IMG/VR virus record: IMGVR_UViG_3300029787_000153
Span: 1 to 36,563 of that record
Source of the DNA: a virus
Strand: one strand, 5' to 3'
DNA length: 36,563 nucleotides
Each line of letters begins with the position of its first letter. Positions within the stretch are counted from its first letter, which is position 1. Made by a program: the position numbers and the translations under genes. Below, piece by piece: positions 1 to 9,474 of this stretch. Under the pieces are notes generated by a model. It was not told where the DNA came from and ran no database searches. It worked only from the letters and a program-made list of their open reading frames with translations.

Positions 1-99
1 AACAGTTTTTTCTGGATGACCTATAAAATTAAATCTACTCGGTTTTAGTTGTGTGAGTCTGTTTATTGCGTCTGTCAGTGGTATTACATTTTCTTTTTT
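1..99. repeat. Terminal overlap, identical to 36465..36563 (assembly circularisation signature or terminal redundancy)
   Basis: Base-by-base comparison: aacagttttttctggatgacc...gtattacattttctttttt occurs at both window ends with offset 36464. Confidence 0.95.
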
Positions 100-663
100 G
101 CGATAATCTGAACTTGTACCATAACTAGTGCTTGTTCCATCAGACGTTATAATCCCAGAGTCACCACCAGCGGCGTCCACGAATACAATCATGCTTGCGG
201 AAGCTGTATTCGCTCTGCCGTGTTTAATCAACATGGCTTGAACATTAGAGGTAGTGTCACAGTGAACTCTTAACGTCTGATCAATTGTCCCTTTACATTC
301 AAGTGTTCCAGTAGGAGACTCAGTTCCAATGCCACATTTCCCATCTCCTAAAAGGGTTATTTTGGTCGAATCACTTCCAAAGCGTACACCAAAATTCATG
401 GACGTTGCTGCTGCCGTACCACCACCGATTGTTTTGATGAACATACCCTCACTCGAGTCGCCATCATTCATCCGGATAAAGGTATTACCATTCGCAGTCG
501 ATGTTAGGCAAAGCGTTTTATCTCCAGAATAAGCGCCGATTTCTAGGTCATTGGCAGGAGAAGTAGACCCCCCAATCCCAACATTACCAGTAGAATCCGC
601 AATACTAATTCCAGCAGTTCCGTCTTTTGCTCTATAATTTGTAGCTTTTACTTCAGAACTCAT
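1..663 (-). CDS. Tail fibre with C-terminal S74-type intramolecular-chaperone domain, first 221 codons (gene wraps the junction and continues at 36464..36282; 281 aa total)
   Basis: ATG at 663. The ORF is absent from the track because it runs off the window. My translation is MSSEVKATNYRAKDGTAGISIADSTGNVGIGG.... From codon 184 (nt 114) it reads SSDYRKKENVIPLTDAINRLTQLKPSRFNF, the SDxxxKxNI...F.F signature of Peptidase_S74 domains. The frame is continuous across the overlap. Confidence 0.8.
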   Translation of the reverse strand, partial: MSSEVKATNYRAKDGTAGISIADSTGNVGIGGSTSPANDLEIGAYSGDKTLCLTSTANGNTFIRMNDGDSSEGMFIKTIGGGTAAATSMNFGVRFGSDSTKITLLGDGKCGIGTESPTGTLECKGTIDQTLRVHCDTTSNVQAMLIKHGRANTASASMIVFVDAAGGDSGIITSDGTSTSYGTSSDYRKKENVIPLTDAINRLTQLKPSRFNFIGHPEKTV

Positions 664-669
664 GATGCC

Positions 670-1008
670 TTATTCTTTAGGATATTTTTTCTTGATTTCA
701 TCAACATTAGTTTTCCAAGCATCCAGACCCTTTTCTGTAATAAATTCTATTTGTTCCAAAACATTCCCATACTCTTTTAATCGCTTATCTTTGTAGGTTT
801 CTACATAAGGTTCAGGTTCTTCTTCTTTTGGAGGATCTGGGATTTTAGTTGTTACCCATTTTGATCCATCAAATTTACAAGTATGAGTTTTAGAATCAAA
901 GTCTGGAGGTTCTACATCAGTACAATTAGCTGGCATTAAATAACCACCACCTAACGGATCTTTTTGTCGTTCTCTTGGTGATGCGTTATCTTTGTTGTAA
1001 GCAATCAT
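670..1008 (-). CDS. Tail-fibre assembly/chaperone-like protein (DUF4376/XkdW-like C-terminus), 112 aa
   Basis: Track ORF 670..1020 opens at TTG. The ATG at 1008 is preceded by a GAGGGG SD. The C-terminus LEQIEFITEKGLDAWKTNVDEIKKKYPKE is paralogous to the end of 35215..35502 (EQLDQIYHDIDGWKAKIKAVKDKYPKP). It lies directly downstream of a fibre gene. The family name is from memory. Confidence 0.5.
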   Translation of the reverse strand: MIAYNKDNASPRERQKDPLGGGYLMPANCTDVEPPDFDSKTHTCKFDGSKWVTTKIPDPPKEEEPEPYVETYKDKRLKEYGNVLEQIEFITEKGLDAWKTNVDEIKKKYPKE

Positions 1009-1016
1009 TTTTCCCC

Positions 1017-1523
1017 TCAAAATTTGATACAGTATTTTACACCAGCGTTGAAGGGTCTGGTTTCATCGCCATATCTTGGGTTTCCGTTCGTGCCGTCAGT
1101 TACAGGGTTATTCTCCATAAAACTACTACCTGAAGACCCAACAGCATTCCCCCTTAACAACCAATCAGTTGCTCCAGATGAACCATTATCAAGTGCTTTA
1201 ATTTGGTGTTTGTGACCTTGGAACTGGTCATTCTCAAAGCTGCCAACTGATGGACCAGCAAAGTCGTTTCCATCTGCCATATTGTGAGTATTATTTGAAC
1301 CAGTACCCCTTAAAAATGCACCTTCTAAATCTGGCAAAGCAAACGTGCTAGACCCATCTCCTGCACCCCATGTGGTTCCTATTGCAGTAAACAAATCTGC
1401 ATAGGTTGTTCTTGAAACCGTAGAACCATCGCAAGCAAGCCAACCAGTAGGAACTGAAGACATACCAAAAGGAGCAATCATGCCTGTTAATATGTCTATT
1501 TTGTTTTGTGTAACGACGGTCAT
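1017..1523 (-). CDS. Phage tail collar domain fibre protein
   Basis: GMIAPFGMSSVPTGWLACDGSTVSRTTYADLFTAIGTTWGAGDGSSTFALPDLEGAFLRGTG matches the tail-collar pattern P.GW..CdG...s...Y..Lf..iG..wG.gdg..tF.LPDL.g. AAGGA SD lies before the ATG at 1523. Confidence 0.85.
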   Translation of the reverse strand: MTVVTQNKIDILTGMIAPFGMSSVPTGWLACDGSTVSRTTYADLFTAIGTTWGAGDGSSTFALPDLEGAFLRGTGSNNTHNMADGNDFAGPSVGSFENDQFQGHKHQIKALDNGSSGATDWLLRGNAVGSSGSSFMENNPVTDGTNGNPRYGDETRPFNAGVKYCIKF

Positions 1524-1532
1524 AATTCCTTT

Positions 1533-1766
1533 CTAAACGACGACAAGAACCCCTTTGATGGTGAGAGATCCCGCGCTACCTATGGTTAAAGGACCGGCAA
1601 CGACGCAGTTCTCATCTGCCGAAATTTCGACGGCTGAATTAATCGTCGCCGGGTTTCTTAGCACTCCGGAAAACACCGAAGAAACGTGACCGGTGACTCC
1701 CGATTCATCACCTTTTGCGGCGATCGGCTCTCCCGATTCAAATGATCCTGCTCCTATTCTTTTCAT
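1533..1766 (-). CDS. Hypothetical small protein in the fibre cluster
   Basis: 77-aa ORF with an AGGAG SD. It is co-oriented and tightly packed between fibre genes. No motif recognised. Confidence 0.5.
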   Translation of the reverse strand: MKRIGAGSFESGEPIAAKGDESGVTGHVSSVFSGVLRNPATINSAVEISADENCVVAGPLTIGSAGSLTIKGVLVVV

Positions 1767-1774
1767 GGTATCTC

Positions 1775-2068
1775 CTATGATGCAGAGTCAAGGACTGAGG
1801 CATAGACTGCCACTGATCCGGAATCTATGTTTGCGATCGCTAAAGCATCGCCGCTTTCGCAGACAATCTTCCCCTGAACTAGTTCAACTGAACCCCCAAC
1901 CGGAACTCTGAGATCCTTGACCAGGTCCGTGGAAGCAAGAGTGATATCACACTGGAGGGTCGCCGTTGCATGAGTATTGGCGACTATGATTCCTATTATC
2001 ACGTCGGTGCTGTTTGCCGTGAAAACATTCCCGGCTGAAGTTTTTACATATCTATTAAATGAGCTCAT
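1775..2068 (-). CDS. Hypothetical small protein in the fibre cluster
   Basis: 97-aa ORF starting 3 nt after the stop of the upstream fibre gene. No motif recognised. Confidence 0.5.
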   Translation of the reverse strand: MSSFNRYVKTSAGNVFTANSTDVIIGIIVANTHATATLQCDITLASTDLVKDLRVPVGGSVELVQGKIVCESGDALAIANIDSGSVAVYASVLDSAS

Positions 2069-2071
2069 AAA

Positions 2072-3232
2072 TCATCCCAAGGCTATGGCAAAGACGATGC
2101 TTTGCGAGTCAACATATTGTTTGGGCGCAGCTCCGAGAGCTGCTGTCGGATTTGCGTTCAAGGTCACGTCGCCAGCAAAAGTGGCGTTGGCGGAGCTCAT
2201 GGTCATAACGGTTGCACCGCTGCTTTTAATATCGTTACCGGTGACGGTCAGATCCCCGCCGATCGTGACGTTGTCCGAGGTATCCATGGTGATGGCAGTC
2301 CCGCCATCAGAAGCCAGGATTTCGTTCCCGGTTACCTTTAATTTTGTCGCTACTGCAACCACTCCGGTGCCGTCTGGCGTGAGAGTGATATCACCGTTTG
2401 AACCATCGGTCAGCGTAATGTTCCCGGTTGTGCTGTTTCCGGTTTCCAGGACAAGATCGAAGTTTCCTGAGCTGGAAATTTTGCCGGTCGCTCCTCCATT
2501 ACCTACAACAACTTCACCAGTTCCATGAGGGCTGAGAGTAATATTCGAATTTGCTGCAGAGGTCGCGAGATCAAGCGTCGATGAAGCACTGAGATCGATC
2601 TGACCAGCAGAGGCCGTAACAGAAAGATTTCCTCCCGCGTAGCTTGTTGCAGTTGTCAGAAGGGTTGCTGTTTCATTTGGCACCGTAATCTCTGACGTGC
2701 TCCCAGTTGCCGTGTATTTGATTCGGACCTTGTCAGAAGTCCCGCTTCCATCCGAAGAATATTTGTAGAGCAGGATATCGGAATTCGCCATAATCGCATA
2801 TTCGGATCCACTCTGATTATGCCACCAGGCAAAAGTATCTTGAGCTGCTACATAGTTTGCTGAGGCAGGACTTGTGAGCCCGGAAATTGATCCCCCCGCG
2901 TTGACTGCTCCCGCATTGGTCATCTGCACCTGGTTCCCGGATGTATCCCGGTAATAGAGCTCGCCGCCATAGGCATACAGAGCTCTTGATTGATCGGTCG
3001 GTTGGCTTCCCTGGTTATCAAACTGGACTTGTTTCAGCTCAAGCGCATTGTTTGAATTGAATTCCAGATCTGCATTGATATTGATTGCAGCAGGAACAAT
3101 CCTGACGCCCTTGTTCGAGGTATGATCATGGGCATCGATGGCGTCCAGGGACGTGTTCAGATTCGTCGCCCAATCCGGTCCTGGTGTAACCGAAACGGTG
3201 CTTTTGACAATGCCTGTTATGTTGGTGCTCAT
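2072..3232 (-). CDS. Tail fibre protein
   Basis: 386 aa, Gly/Thr/Ser-rich with degenerate repeats (ITLTDGSNGDITLTPDGTG, DLTVTGNDIKSSG, GDVTLNANP) and a fibre-like ...LGAAPKQYVDSQ segment. It sits in the tail module. Confidence 0.65.
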   Translation of the reverse strand: MSTNITGIVKSTVSVTPGPDWATNLNTSLDAIDAHDHTSNKGVRIVPAAININADLEFNSNNALELKQVQFDNQGSQPTDQSRALYAYGGELYYRDTSGNQVQMTNAGAVNAGGSISGLTSPASANYVAAQDTFAWWHNQSGSEYAIMANSDILLYKYSSDGSGTSDKVRIKYTATGSTSEITVPNETATLLTTATSYAGGNLSVTASAGQIDLSASSTLDLATSAANSNITLSPHGTGEVVVGNGGATGKISSSGNFDLVLETGNSTTGNITLTDGSNGDITLTPDGTGVVAVATKLKVTGNEILASDGGTAITMDTSDNVTIGGDLTVTGNDIKSSGATVMTMSSANATFAGDVTLNANPTAALGAAPKQYVDSQSIVFAIALG

Positions 3233-3233
3233 A

Positions 3234-3548
3234 TCAAAAAAAGAATATATCGGCGGTCACTGACGCGCCTGCTTTCAAAATGATTTGCCGGTCCTCAAAA
3301 CTGTTTGTCGTTGTTGAAACATAGATTGAAGTATCTGCATTCTGCTTCGTTATGATATAGCCGACATAGTTACGCCCAAGGCCATGATCCACGATCGTAT
3401 CACCGGTTCCGATGGCTTGATCTGTTTTATGAACCCCATCAGCGAAGGGCAGCTGCAGCAGCGGCCTGAGTGCTGTATGGATGTTTTTCTGGAGTCGGTT
3501 CGTTGCTTCATCAGTTGTCTGAATTTCTGTAAAATTTACCCGGCTCAT
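3234..3548 (-). CDS. Hypothetical virion-module protein
   Basis: 104-aa ORF with an ATGA overlap with the upstream gene. No motif recognised. Confidence 0.5.
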   Translation of the reverse strand: MSRVNFTEIQTTDEATNRLQKNIHTALRPLLQLPFADGVHKTDQAIGTGDTIVDHGLGRNYVGYIITKQNADTSIYVSTTTNSFEDRQIILKAGASVTADIFFF

Positions 3549-3883
3549 GACTTCATTGTGAACGCCACGTTAAGCGTTGCATCAGTACCTCCCGAGCTTG
3601 CCACATACTTGATCCGGACGAACCTGGCCGGTAAAGCACTGAGCTCCAGAAGATTGGTTTCTGCTGCATTGATCGCCGCGGTTGCAGTTGTATTGACCCA
3701 CTCGGATTCATCATTGGAAACCTGGATAAAAATATTTCCGTTGGGCGAACCAGTATTGCTGTTCACGCAAGTAAACGAGCAGCTGTTCATCCCTGAAGCA
3801 TCGATCGTGTCTCCAGTGACGTCGGAGGCCAGTGTCGTTGCTGCCATGTAGCTTTGATTATTTTTAAAAGTTTGATTCGGCAT
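3545..3883 (-). CDS. Hypothetical virion-module protein (small beta-sandwich-like)
   Basis: 112-aa ORF with an AGGAGG SD. ...LPARFVRIKYVASSGG... resembles the 'ryvRi' strand of discoidin-type jelly rolls. This is a weak impression only. Confidence 0.5.
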   Translation of the reverse strand: MPNQTFKNNQSYMAATTLASDVTGDTIDASGMNSCSFTCVNSNTGSPNGNIFIQVSNDESEWVNTTATAAINAAETNLLELSALPARFVRIKYVASSGGTDATLNVAFTMKS

Positions 3884-3890
3884 GAGCCTC

Positions 3891-4778
3891 CTATGAATAC
3901 CAGGTGTAAGATCCAGGATCGGTGTAATAGACCGCCATATCGGTAACCGTCGCCGGTTCGCCCAGGTCCCGGTTATCAGAGACTGAGAGAATCCTTATTT
4001 TTGTTTCTTCCTTCATCTTCATTAATGCACTTGGATCAGATTCTTCCTTAACCATGCAGTCGATTGCAGCTCCGCAAATAATGTATTCATCCCATCCGCT
4101 GTAGAAATCAAAACGAGATTCGATGTTTCCGAAGGTCGTCGGATCCGCGAGGCCGCTGCTGTCCAGATCCGTTGTCACGGTGGCTGCACCTACAGCAGAA
4201 ACAGTCTGATCAACATCGTAATTGGTAGCATCGATGAAACCGGTGCCGGTGATCTTATCACCAACAACAAAACCATGGTTCTTCCCGACGGTCCACATGG
4301 TCGAGGTTCCCCGGGTGATCGCCGTTACGGTTTTTTCAATAAATTTTTTCGGGCTTGGAATATACCAGACCGTCAACGTGTCATTTGTCGAAGGGCTTGG
4401 TGTAAGTCGCAGGGAGGATCCCTGGATATGATATCGATACCGGTATGGAACCGAGTACCGGGAACCTACATCACGCTGGGGAAAGTTGTATCTTCTCAGC
4501 GGGAAAGTATCGGATCCCATGTTCAAATCAACGCCGCGAAGCTTATAAAAGTCAGCTGGCAGATCGTAGGTTTGGGTCCCGGAAACGAGCGTAACCGTTG
4601 AGGAATTTAGAAAATAGTCCTCGGAGTTCGCATTCGTGATGAGTAGGTCATAGAGCTCACAATACGATCGATTGATGTATTGGCGGAGCTCCTGGTCTGT
4701 AACGAATTGCGAGTTCTCCTGGTCAGCTCGCTGCCGTACCAGGGTCCTGAGATCTGAAAGAGAGACAAAGTCTGTCAT
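3891..4778 (-). CDS. Putative head-tail adaptor / tail tubular A-like structural protein
   Basis: 295-aa ORF downstream of the capsid gene. Its N-terminus (LSDLRTLVRQRADQ...FVTDQELRQYINRSYCELYDLL...TQTYDLPADFYKLRGVDL) resembles conserved adaptor-type proteins. The assignment rests mainly on position. Confidence 0.35.
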   Translation of the reverse strand: MTDFVSLSDLRTLVRQRADQENSQFVTDQELRQYINRSYCELYDLLITNANSEDYFLNSSTVTLVSGTQTYDLPADFYKLRGVDLNMGSDTFPLRRYNFPQRDVGSRYSVPYRYRYHIQGSSLRLTPSPSTNDTLTVWYIPSPKKFIEKTVTAITRGTSTMWTVGKNHGFVVGDKITGTGFIDATNYDVDQTVSAVGAATVTTDLDSSGLADPTTFGNIESRFDFYSGWDEYIICGAAIDCMVKEESDPSALMKMKEETKIRILSVSDNRDLGEPATVTDMAVYYTDPGSYTWYS

Positions 4779-5014
4779 CAGTAGCTCATCTGGATCCCAT
4801 GAAATGCTTCAAGAATAGCCTGAGAATCTCCGGAAGAGAGTGCTGAACTGAGCTCCTCTGCCATCATATGCTGATCCTCGGAATATTCCATTGGACCTTC
4901 TTCAATGATTTCTTCGTCTTCCATGTATTCCCCTTCAGGGGCCATACCGGCCCCTTTGGGTTCCATGGATCCTATCGAGACCATTAAAGCGTCGTCGAGT
5001 GATCCTTTCTTCAT
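4778..5014 (-). CDS. Hypothetical acidic protein
   Basis: 78-aa ORF rich in E/D/M. TGATG coupling to the downstream gene. Confidence 0.45.
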   Translation of the reverse strand: MKKGSLDDALMVSIGSMEPKGAGMAPEGEYMEDEEIIEEGPMEYSEDQHMMAEELSSALSSGDSQAILEAFHGIQMSY

Positions 5015-5021
5015 GTTCCTC

Positions 5022-5402
5022 CTATTGCGTCAGGGACGTGTTTCGGAGAAACAAAACGAAATGGACATGATTATTCGCATGAGCGGATAGATCGGCAGCA
5101 GAAGTTCCTTCGATGTTATAAATAACGATGGTCTTCGCACTGGAAACATCAATTGCGCCGAAGTGCAGTTTTTTGTCTCCAGCACCATTGTGCTGCAGCG
5201 AACACTGGGCCGAAATGTATCCTGGATATACATCATCAAGAGTGACGGTGTAAGTTCCAGTTCCAGTTCGTTCAACGGTAAAACCGTTCCCAAGGTTCGC
5301 CGTGTTATCAATCGCGCTTGAGCCATTAGGCTTAAAACGCCCTGCGACAATCTTTATGCCAGGGTTTAATGCCTGAACATCATGAAAGATTCGATTAGCC
5401 AT
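5022..5402 (-). CDS. Hypothetical protein next to the capsid gene (possible decoration/accessory protein)
   Basis: 126-aa ORF with an AGGAGG SD, immediately downstream of the capsid gene. The overlapping 106-aa frame (5030..5350) is rejected. Confidence 0.5.
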   Translation of the reverse strand: MANRIFHDVQALNPGIKIVAGRFKPNGSSAIDNTANLGNGFTVERTGTGTYTVTLDDVYPGYISAQCSLQHNGAGDKKLHFGAIDVSSAKTIVIYNIEGTSAADLSAHANNHVHFVLFLRNTSLTQ

Positions 5403-5414
5403 GTTTCCCTCCTA

Positions 5415-6650
5415 TCAAGATGGGAGAGTGACGACACAATTGAATCCAGGTGCTCGGCAACCCATTTGCAGATATGAATGGATTCTCACTTCAATACCAT
5501 CCGCGGAATTCATTCTGAGTGTTCGATTTCCATCCAACTGGGTCAGCTGAACTGCTGGTCCAATGGACGCTAAAACGAGACTGCTCATGGTTAAGATGTA
5601 TGCTTTTCCAGCAGGACAATCTTTGTCCGGAACCACTTTCATGGTGCCGTGCGGAGCATACATTTCCAGGGATCGATATCCGCTGATGGAATCATTTTCC
5701 TTGACCTCGCGCTGGACCTGAGAATTGAGGCTCTTTTCCAACTTCACGAATTCCTCAAATGGAATCATGACGTAGTCTGGAGATCCTCCTTCCCTAGAAC
5801 ATTGAGCTGCTCCGGAGATGAGTGCTTCAACGATGGTATCCGAGGATCCATCATATCTCTGTCCGCCCAACCTGGTTGGGTCAACTGAGCGATCGACGCC
5901 GAAGAAAGCTGCGCTTCCAGGAGTCGTCGCTGGGATCCAGGCCTCAAGACCTTTGACTGCCGAGTCATAGTCACCTTCGACATAAATGTAGTCGCCGGTT
6001 GCACCTGAGTTGGCATTCCAGTTCGCAGTCGCGGTCAGCTGATCGGTGGATCCAGTTGTGTACTTGGATCGATCGACAGCTGCGATGGTTGTATTGTTTG
6101 ATCGGAGAGTTCCACTGTTTCCGGTTTTATTCGGATTCAGATCCAACTTCATTCCAACTTCAAAGTTGAAAACATTTTCCGGAACTTCCAGATCACAAGC
6201 CGTGGATCCGATTGTCGTTGTTGCGGCAATCTGACCAATGGCACCTGAACCGTCTCGATATAAATCTCGAGCGATCGCAGCACCTACGGACTTGATCGTA
6301 TTGTTAATTTCTGTCGATGCAGCTGAGAGGAAACTAAAGCGGTCACCTTCTGAGGCAGCGACGGCTTCGCCCGATAAAGTTGCGACGCCATATTTGGTGG
6401 TCCTGGTTAACAGGAAATCGTCAATGCTGGAAGCACTGGCGTTTGTTTGTGCAGTTGCAAAAGTATTACTGATGCCTTGAGGATGCCCATAAATCAATGG
6501 GATCGGCATATTGCGACCTTTGAAGGATTCGTCTTTTGGTATTAATTCGAATAGCGGATGGGAATCGTATACCAGATCCTCAACTTTTTTATTCGTATAA
6601 TACTGCTTTAAGACGGCATCCCACTTGGTCAAAGTGGTGGCTGCTGCCAT
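5415..6650 (-). CDS. Major capsid protein
   Basis: 411 aa in the canonical position after portal and scaffold, with a GGAG SD. Size and composition are typical of HK97-fold coat proteins. Confidence 0.7.
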   Translation of the reverse strand: MAAATTLTKWDAVLKQYYTNKKVEDLVYDSHPLFELIPKDESFKGRNMPIPLIYGHPQGISNTFATAQTNASASSIDDFLLTRTTKYGVATLSGEAVAASEGDRFSFLSAASTEINNTIKSVGAAIARDLYRDGSGAIGQIAATTTIGSTACDLEVPENVFNFEVGMKLDLNPNKTGNSGTLRSNNTTIAAVDRSKYTTGSTDQLTATANWNANSGATGDYIYVEGDYDSAVKGLEAWIPATTPGSAAFFGVDRSVDPTRLGGQRYDGSSDTIVEALISGAAQCSREGGSPDYVMIPFEEFVKLEKSLNSQVQREVKENDSISGYRSLEMYAPHGTMKVVPDKDCPAGKAYILTMSSLVLASIGPAVQLTQLDGNRTLRMNSADGIEVRIHSYLQMGCRAPGFNCVVTLPS

Positions 6651-6682
6651 GGAAAAACTCCATAAAGGACGTTAATCCGAGC

Positions 6683-7579
6683 CTAATTCCATTCGACTGC
6701 TGCGATAGCTGCTTCGAGTTGTTCGCGTTCAGTCAACGGACCTTTCTTAGAGGTCTTCGGCTTCGGACGAGAAACTTGATTTCTTAACGTCCGCGATCGT
6801 GTCCTTTGCGGAATCTTTGAGGGACTATCCTGGGGGGTAACATCGCCAGCCTCAATCTGGCTGAAAAGCTTACGGCCTTTCTCCGAAGAGAGTGCCGTCT
6901 GAATCAGATTTTCATAATACGCTTCTGCTTTGTCAAGCAATTCTTCTGGTTCCATCACCGTATTATTTTCACGCATACTGATTTCCTGCATCTGTATCAG
7001 CATAGGTACGGTTTCGTTCCATTTTGATCGTATTAATCCATAATTTTCATCACCATCAACAATATCTTTTATTGCTCCAACATACCGATCCATCTTCTCT
7101 TTCTTCACATACTGGTCGAGCTGGTTCAATTTTTCCTTCAGCTCGGGAGCGGGTTCTGCTTCCGGTTGTGCTCCAGGTATCTTCCCATCATTTAAAACCT
7201 GGTCGGTTGCCGCCTGGTAATTCCAGCCGACCTTCTCAAGAGCTCCCAACATATTCCCAGATTCAGATGCTTGCTGGGCTTCCTTAAACGGTCGAAGGGC
7301 TTCACGCTCCTTGTGGATTTCTCGCTGCTGCTTTTGGAGCTCGCGCTCCCGCTGCTTCATCCTTGCAAAATTTCTGGAGACCCTGGTCTCGGTTTCTTCC
7401 TCTGGTGCTTCTGCTTCTACTTCTTCAGGTTCATCAGCTGCATATTCTTCTTCGCTTACCTGGACTTCTTCAACGTCATCGAGCTGCTCGGCAGCACCTT
7501 CCTGGGGAATATGTGCTTCGGCCCATTGAGCTATCTGGGCGTCTTCAATAATTTCTTGAGTAGATTGTTCTTCTGCCAT
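6683..7579 (-). CDS. Scaffolding protein
   Basis: 298 aa with a strongly acidic N-terminal third (EEVQVSEEEYAADEPEEVEAEAPEEETE) followed by charged, coiled-coil-like sequence. It lies between portal and capsid, with a TAATG overlap with portal. Confidence 0.65.
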   Translation of the reverse strand: MAEEQSTQEIIEDAQIAQWAEAHIPQEGAAEQLDDVEEVQVSEEEYAADEPEEVEAEAPEEETETRVSRNFARMKQRERELQKQQREIHKEREALRPFKEAQQASESGNMLGALEKVGWNYQAATDQVLNDGKIPGAQPEAEPAPELKEKLNQLDQYVKKEKMDRYVGAIKDIVDGDENYGLIRSKWNETVPMLIQMQEISMRENNTVMEPEELLDKAEAYYENLIQTALSSEKGRKLFSQIEAGDVTPQDSPSKIPQRTRSRTLRNQVSRPKPKTSKKGPLTEREQLEAAIAAVEWN

Positions 7580-9474
7580 TATGCGGGTAGGGGTTCAGGT
7601 TCTGCCGGGACCGGAGGGACTCCTGCTGGGATCCCCATGGGAGGACCTTCAGGACCTGGTGCCGGTGCCGCGGCTCCGGTTAATGCTGCCATCATATCCT
7701 CCGGGGGTCCCGCGGGGGTCTCACCCGCTGGAGCTGCTCCTTCCGGAGTCTGCTGCTCCCCTGCCAGGAGGGCTTGACAGTCGGCAATAAAATCATTCAT
7801 GAGACTAAGTTTCTCGGTTTCAAGACCATCCTGCTGACCTTCGAGGAAGGCCTGCGCCATCCGCTCCGATGCAAACTTCAGATTCATCACCGGTTCTGGT
7901 TGATGGTATCTGCCGAATTCGACGATCTCGGATATCCTCCATTCCATATCACGCTCGAAGGTTCTGTATAATCCGGTGAGGGCTTCCATGTCTGGAAACT
8001 CGAGCAGCCTCACGATATGAGCAGGATCGGTGATCACTCCGGTATTGATCAGCTCGGTGACTGCCGACAGTCGTCCTGCCGGGGTGCTTGGAAGAAGGCT
8101 GACCGGATACGGCTGCAGCGTGAAATCTTCCTCGGCCATATTCAGATCCTTGAAATCCAGCTTAAAGAGTGCATTGTCCTTGATGCCCTTGACCGGCCAC
8201 TTGCCGAATTCCTGGACAATTTCCTGACCAAGATCCATACACCATTCTGCAACCTCCATGAAGGCCTGCTCGTATTTCTGACCCTGGTGCATGAAACGCT
8301 CGGATTCAATATCATGGAAGGTCCGGAGAGCTGCACCGGATTCCAGGCCTGCAGGCTTACGCCCGGTTGCACTCATTTCGGAAAGACCACTCTGCTGGTA
8401 TGCGAGCTGATACAATCGATCGAGGTGAGCATAGACCTCCGGGTGCATGGCTGTCGGAGTGTAGGAGGTTGGAGGATTCCCAACATAATTGACTATGGAA
8501 CCGACCTGGTTCCGTAGTGCCGTATCAACCACGCGGGAACCCGCCTGGACGAAGATCCAAGGCACCGATAAAAGGTGCATGGCCTGCTGGATCCTCAGTG
8601 CCAGCTTGTTGATCTCGAACTGAATATTCTTGAGCTGCTCTGCCAGGGAAACTCCTGCAAAGCCTACCCCGGCATCTCCCCATTTGAGGAAGACAAAAGG
8701 GAAACGATCATAGTTCCAGGATTCTGCATCGAGCTGCAGCCCATCCATGGTCATTGCATGGAGACCATCGTCGGCATCGTCGATCGACGGTAGGTGCCAG
8801 CTTTCCACAACCTGGATCATGTCTGCATCTGCTCCCTGACGGCTTTTGTATTCGTCAGAATGAACTGCATAGTATTCAATCTCCTCCGCCTTTTCCGGAT
8901 ACATCATCTGCAGAGATTCCATTGGGATCGATTTAACCTGGTGCAGGGAAGGAGGCTTATCAAACATGGCTGCATTCAGATCCCAGTAGAGCTCCGAGGG
9001 GAACACGCGCTCCACCCAAATCTCGGATCCATGACGACCAATCTTTAGGGCTCCAATATCGAAGATCAGTGAATCCTGGAAGACCCTGGTCATATGTTCA
9101 TAGACTTTTGCATTATGGAAAACCCCTTCCATCAGATCTGTAAGACGAAGAGCTCTTTGTCTGAGGTTATAATCTCCGCGCTTCGTCAGATACATGGGCC
9201 GAGGTCGGGATTTTCCAATGCGGGAAACCAGTGTATCGACGCAGCTGCCGATCACGTTTAAGCGCATCCGATAGTCCTCCCCGAAAGGCATCGTTCCACG
9301 GTTCGAAGGATCATAGCGATCGAGGGCTTCATAGTCCCTCCCGGTATACATCCGGAGCATATCCATGTTGAGATTGTACCGGTACGAATGATCACTGATC
9401 ATCTTGTTGACGGTATCGGTGACCGCGTTTGCGAGATCCTCGCCTTCAGGTTCCTGCCACCAGAATTTGCTCAT
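7579..9474 (-). CDS. Portal protein
   Basis: 631 aa, located upstream of scaffold and capsid. Unusual Pro/Ala/Gly-rich C-terminal tail (PEGAAPAGETPAGPPED...APAPGPEGPPMGIPAGVPPVPAEPEPLPA). Confidence 0.7.
   Translation of the reverse strand: MSKFWWQEPEGEDLANAVTDTVNKMISDHSYRYNLNMDMLRMYTGRDYEALDRYDPSNRGTMPFGEDYRMRLNVIGSCVDTLVSRIGKSRPRPMYLTKRGDYNLRQRALRLTDLMEGVFHNAKVYEHMTRVFQDSLIFDIGALKIGRHGSEIWVERVFPSELYWDLNAAMFDKPPSLHQVKSIPMESLQMMYPEKAEEIEYYAVHSDEYKSRQGADADMIQVVESWHLPSIDDADDGLHAMTMDGLQLDAESWNYDRFPFVFLKWGDAGVGFAGVSLAEQLKNIQFEINKLALRIQQAMHLLSVPWIFVQAGSRVVDTALRNQVGSIVNYVGNPPTSYTPTAMHPEVYAHLDRLYQLAYQQSGLSEMSATGRKPAGLESGAALRTFHDIESERFMHQGQKYEQAFMEVAEWCMDLGQEIVQEFGKWPVKGIKDNALFKLDFKDLNMAEEDFTLQPYPVSLLPSTPAGRLSAVTELINTGVITDPAHIVRLLEFPDMEALTGLYRTFERDMEWRISEIVEFGRYHQPEPVMNLKFASERMAQAFLEGQQDGLETEKLSLMNDFIADCQALLAGEQQTPEGAAPAGETPAGPPEDMMAALTGAAAPAPGPEGPPMGIPAGVPPVPAEPEPLPA

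Noticed and set aside
2072-3232. Diversity-generating retroelement or template/variable repeat pair acting on the fibre genes
   Set aside because: No reverse transcriptase gene exists in the genome, and I found no near-identical TR/VR pair. The fibre paralogy is ancient at the protein level, apart from the single 25-nt block reported separately.
5030-5350. Alternative 106-aa frame nested in 5022..5402, and similar nested frames (5765..6016, 8142..8372, 11976..12221, 12425..12838, 13139..13719, 16261..16515, 19484..20014, 27550..27846, 31174..31668, 32256..32699, 33405..33620)
   Set aside because: Each is a same-strand out-of-frame ORF wholly inside a longer, motif-supported gene. Each has a skewed composition (Arg/Ser/Trp-rich) and no independent SD.
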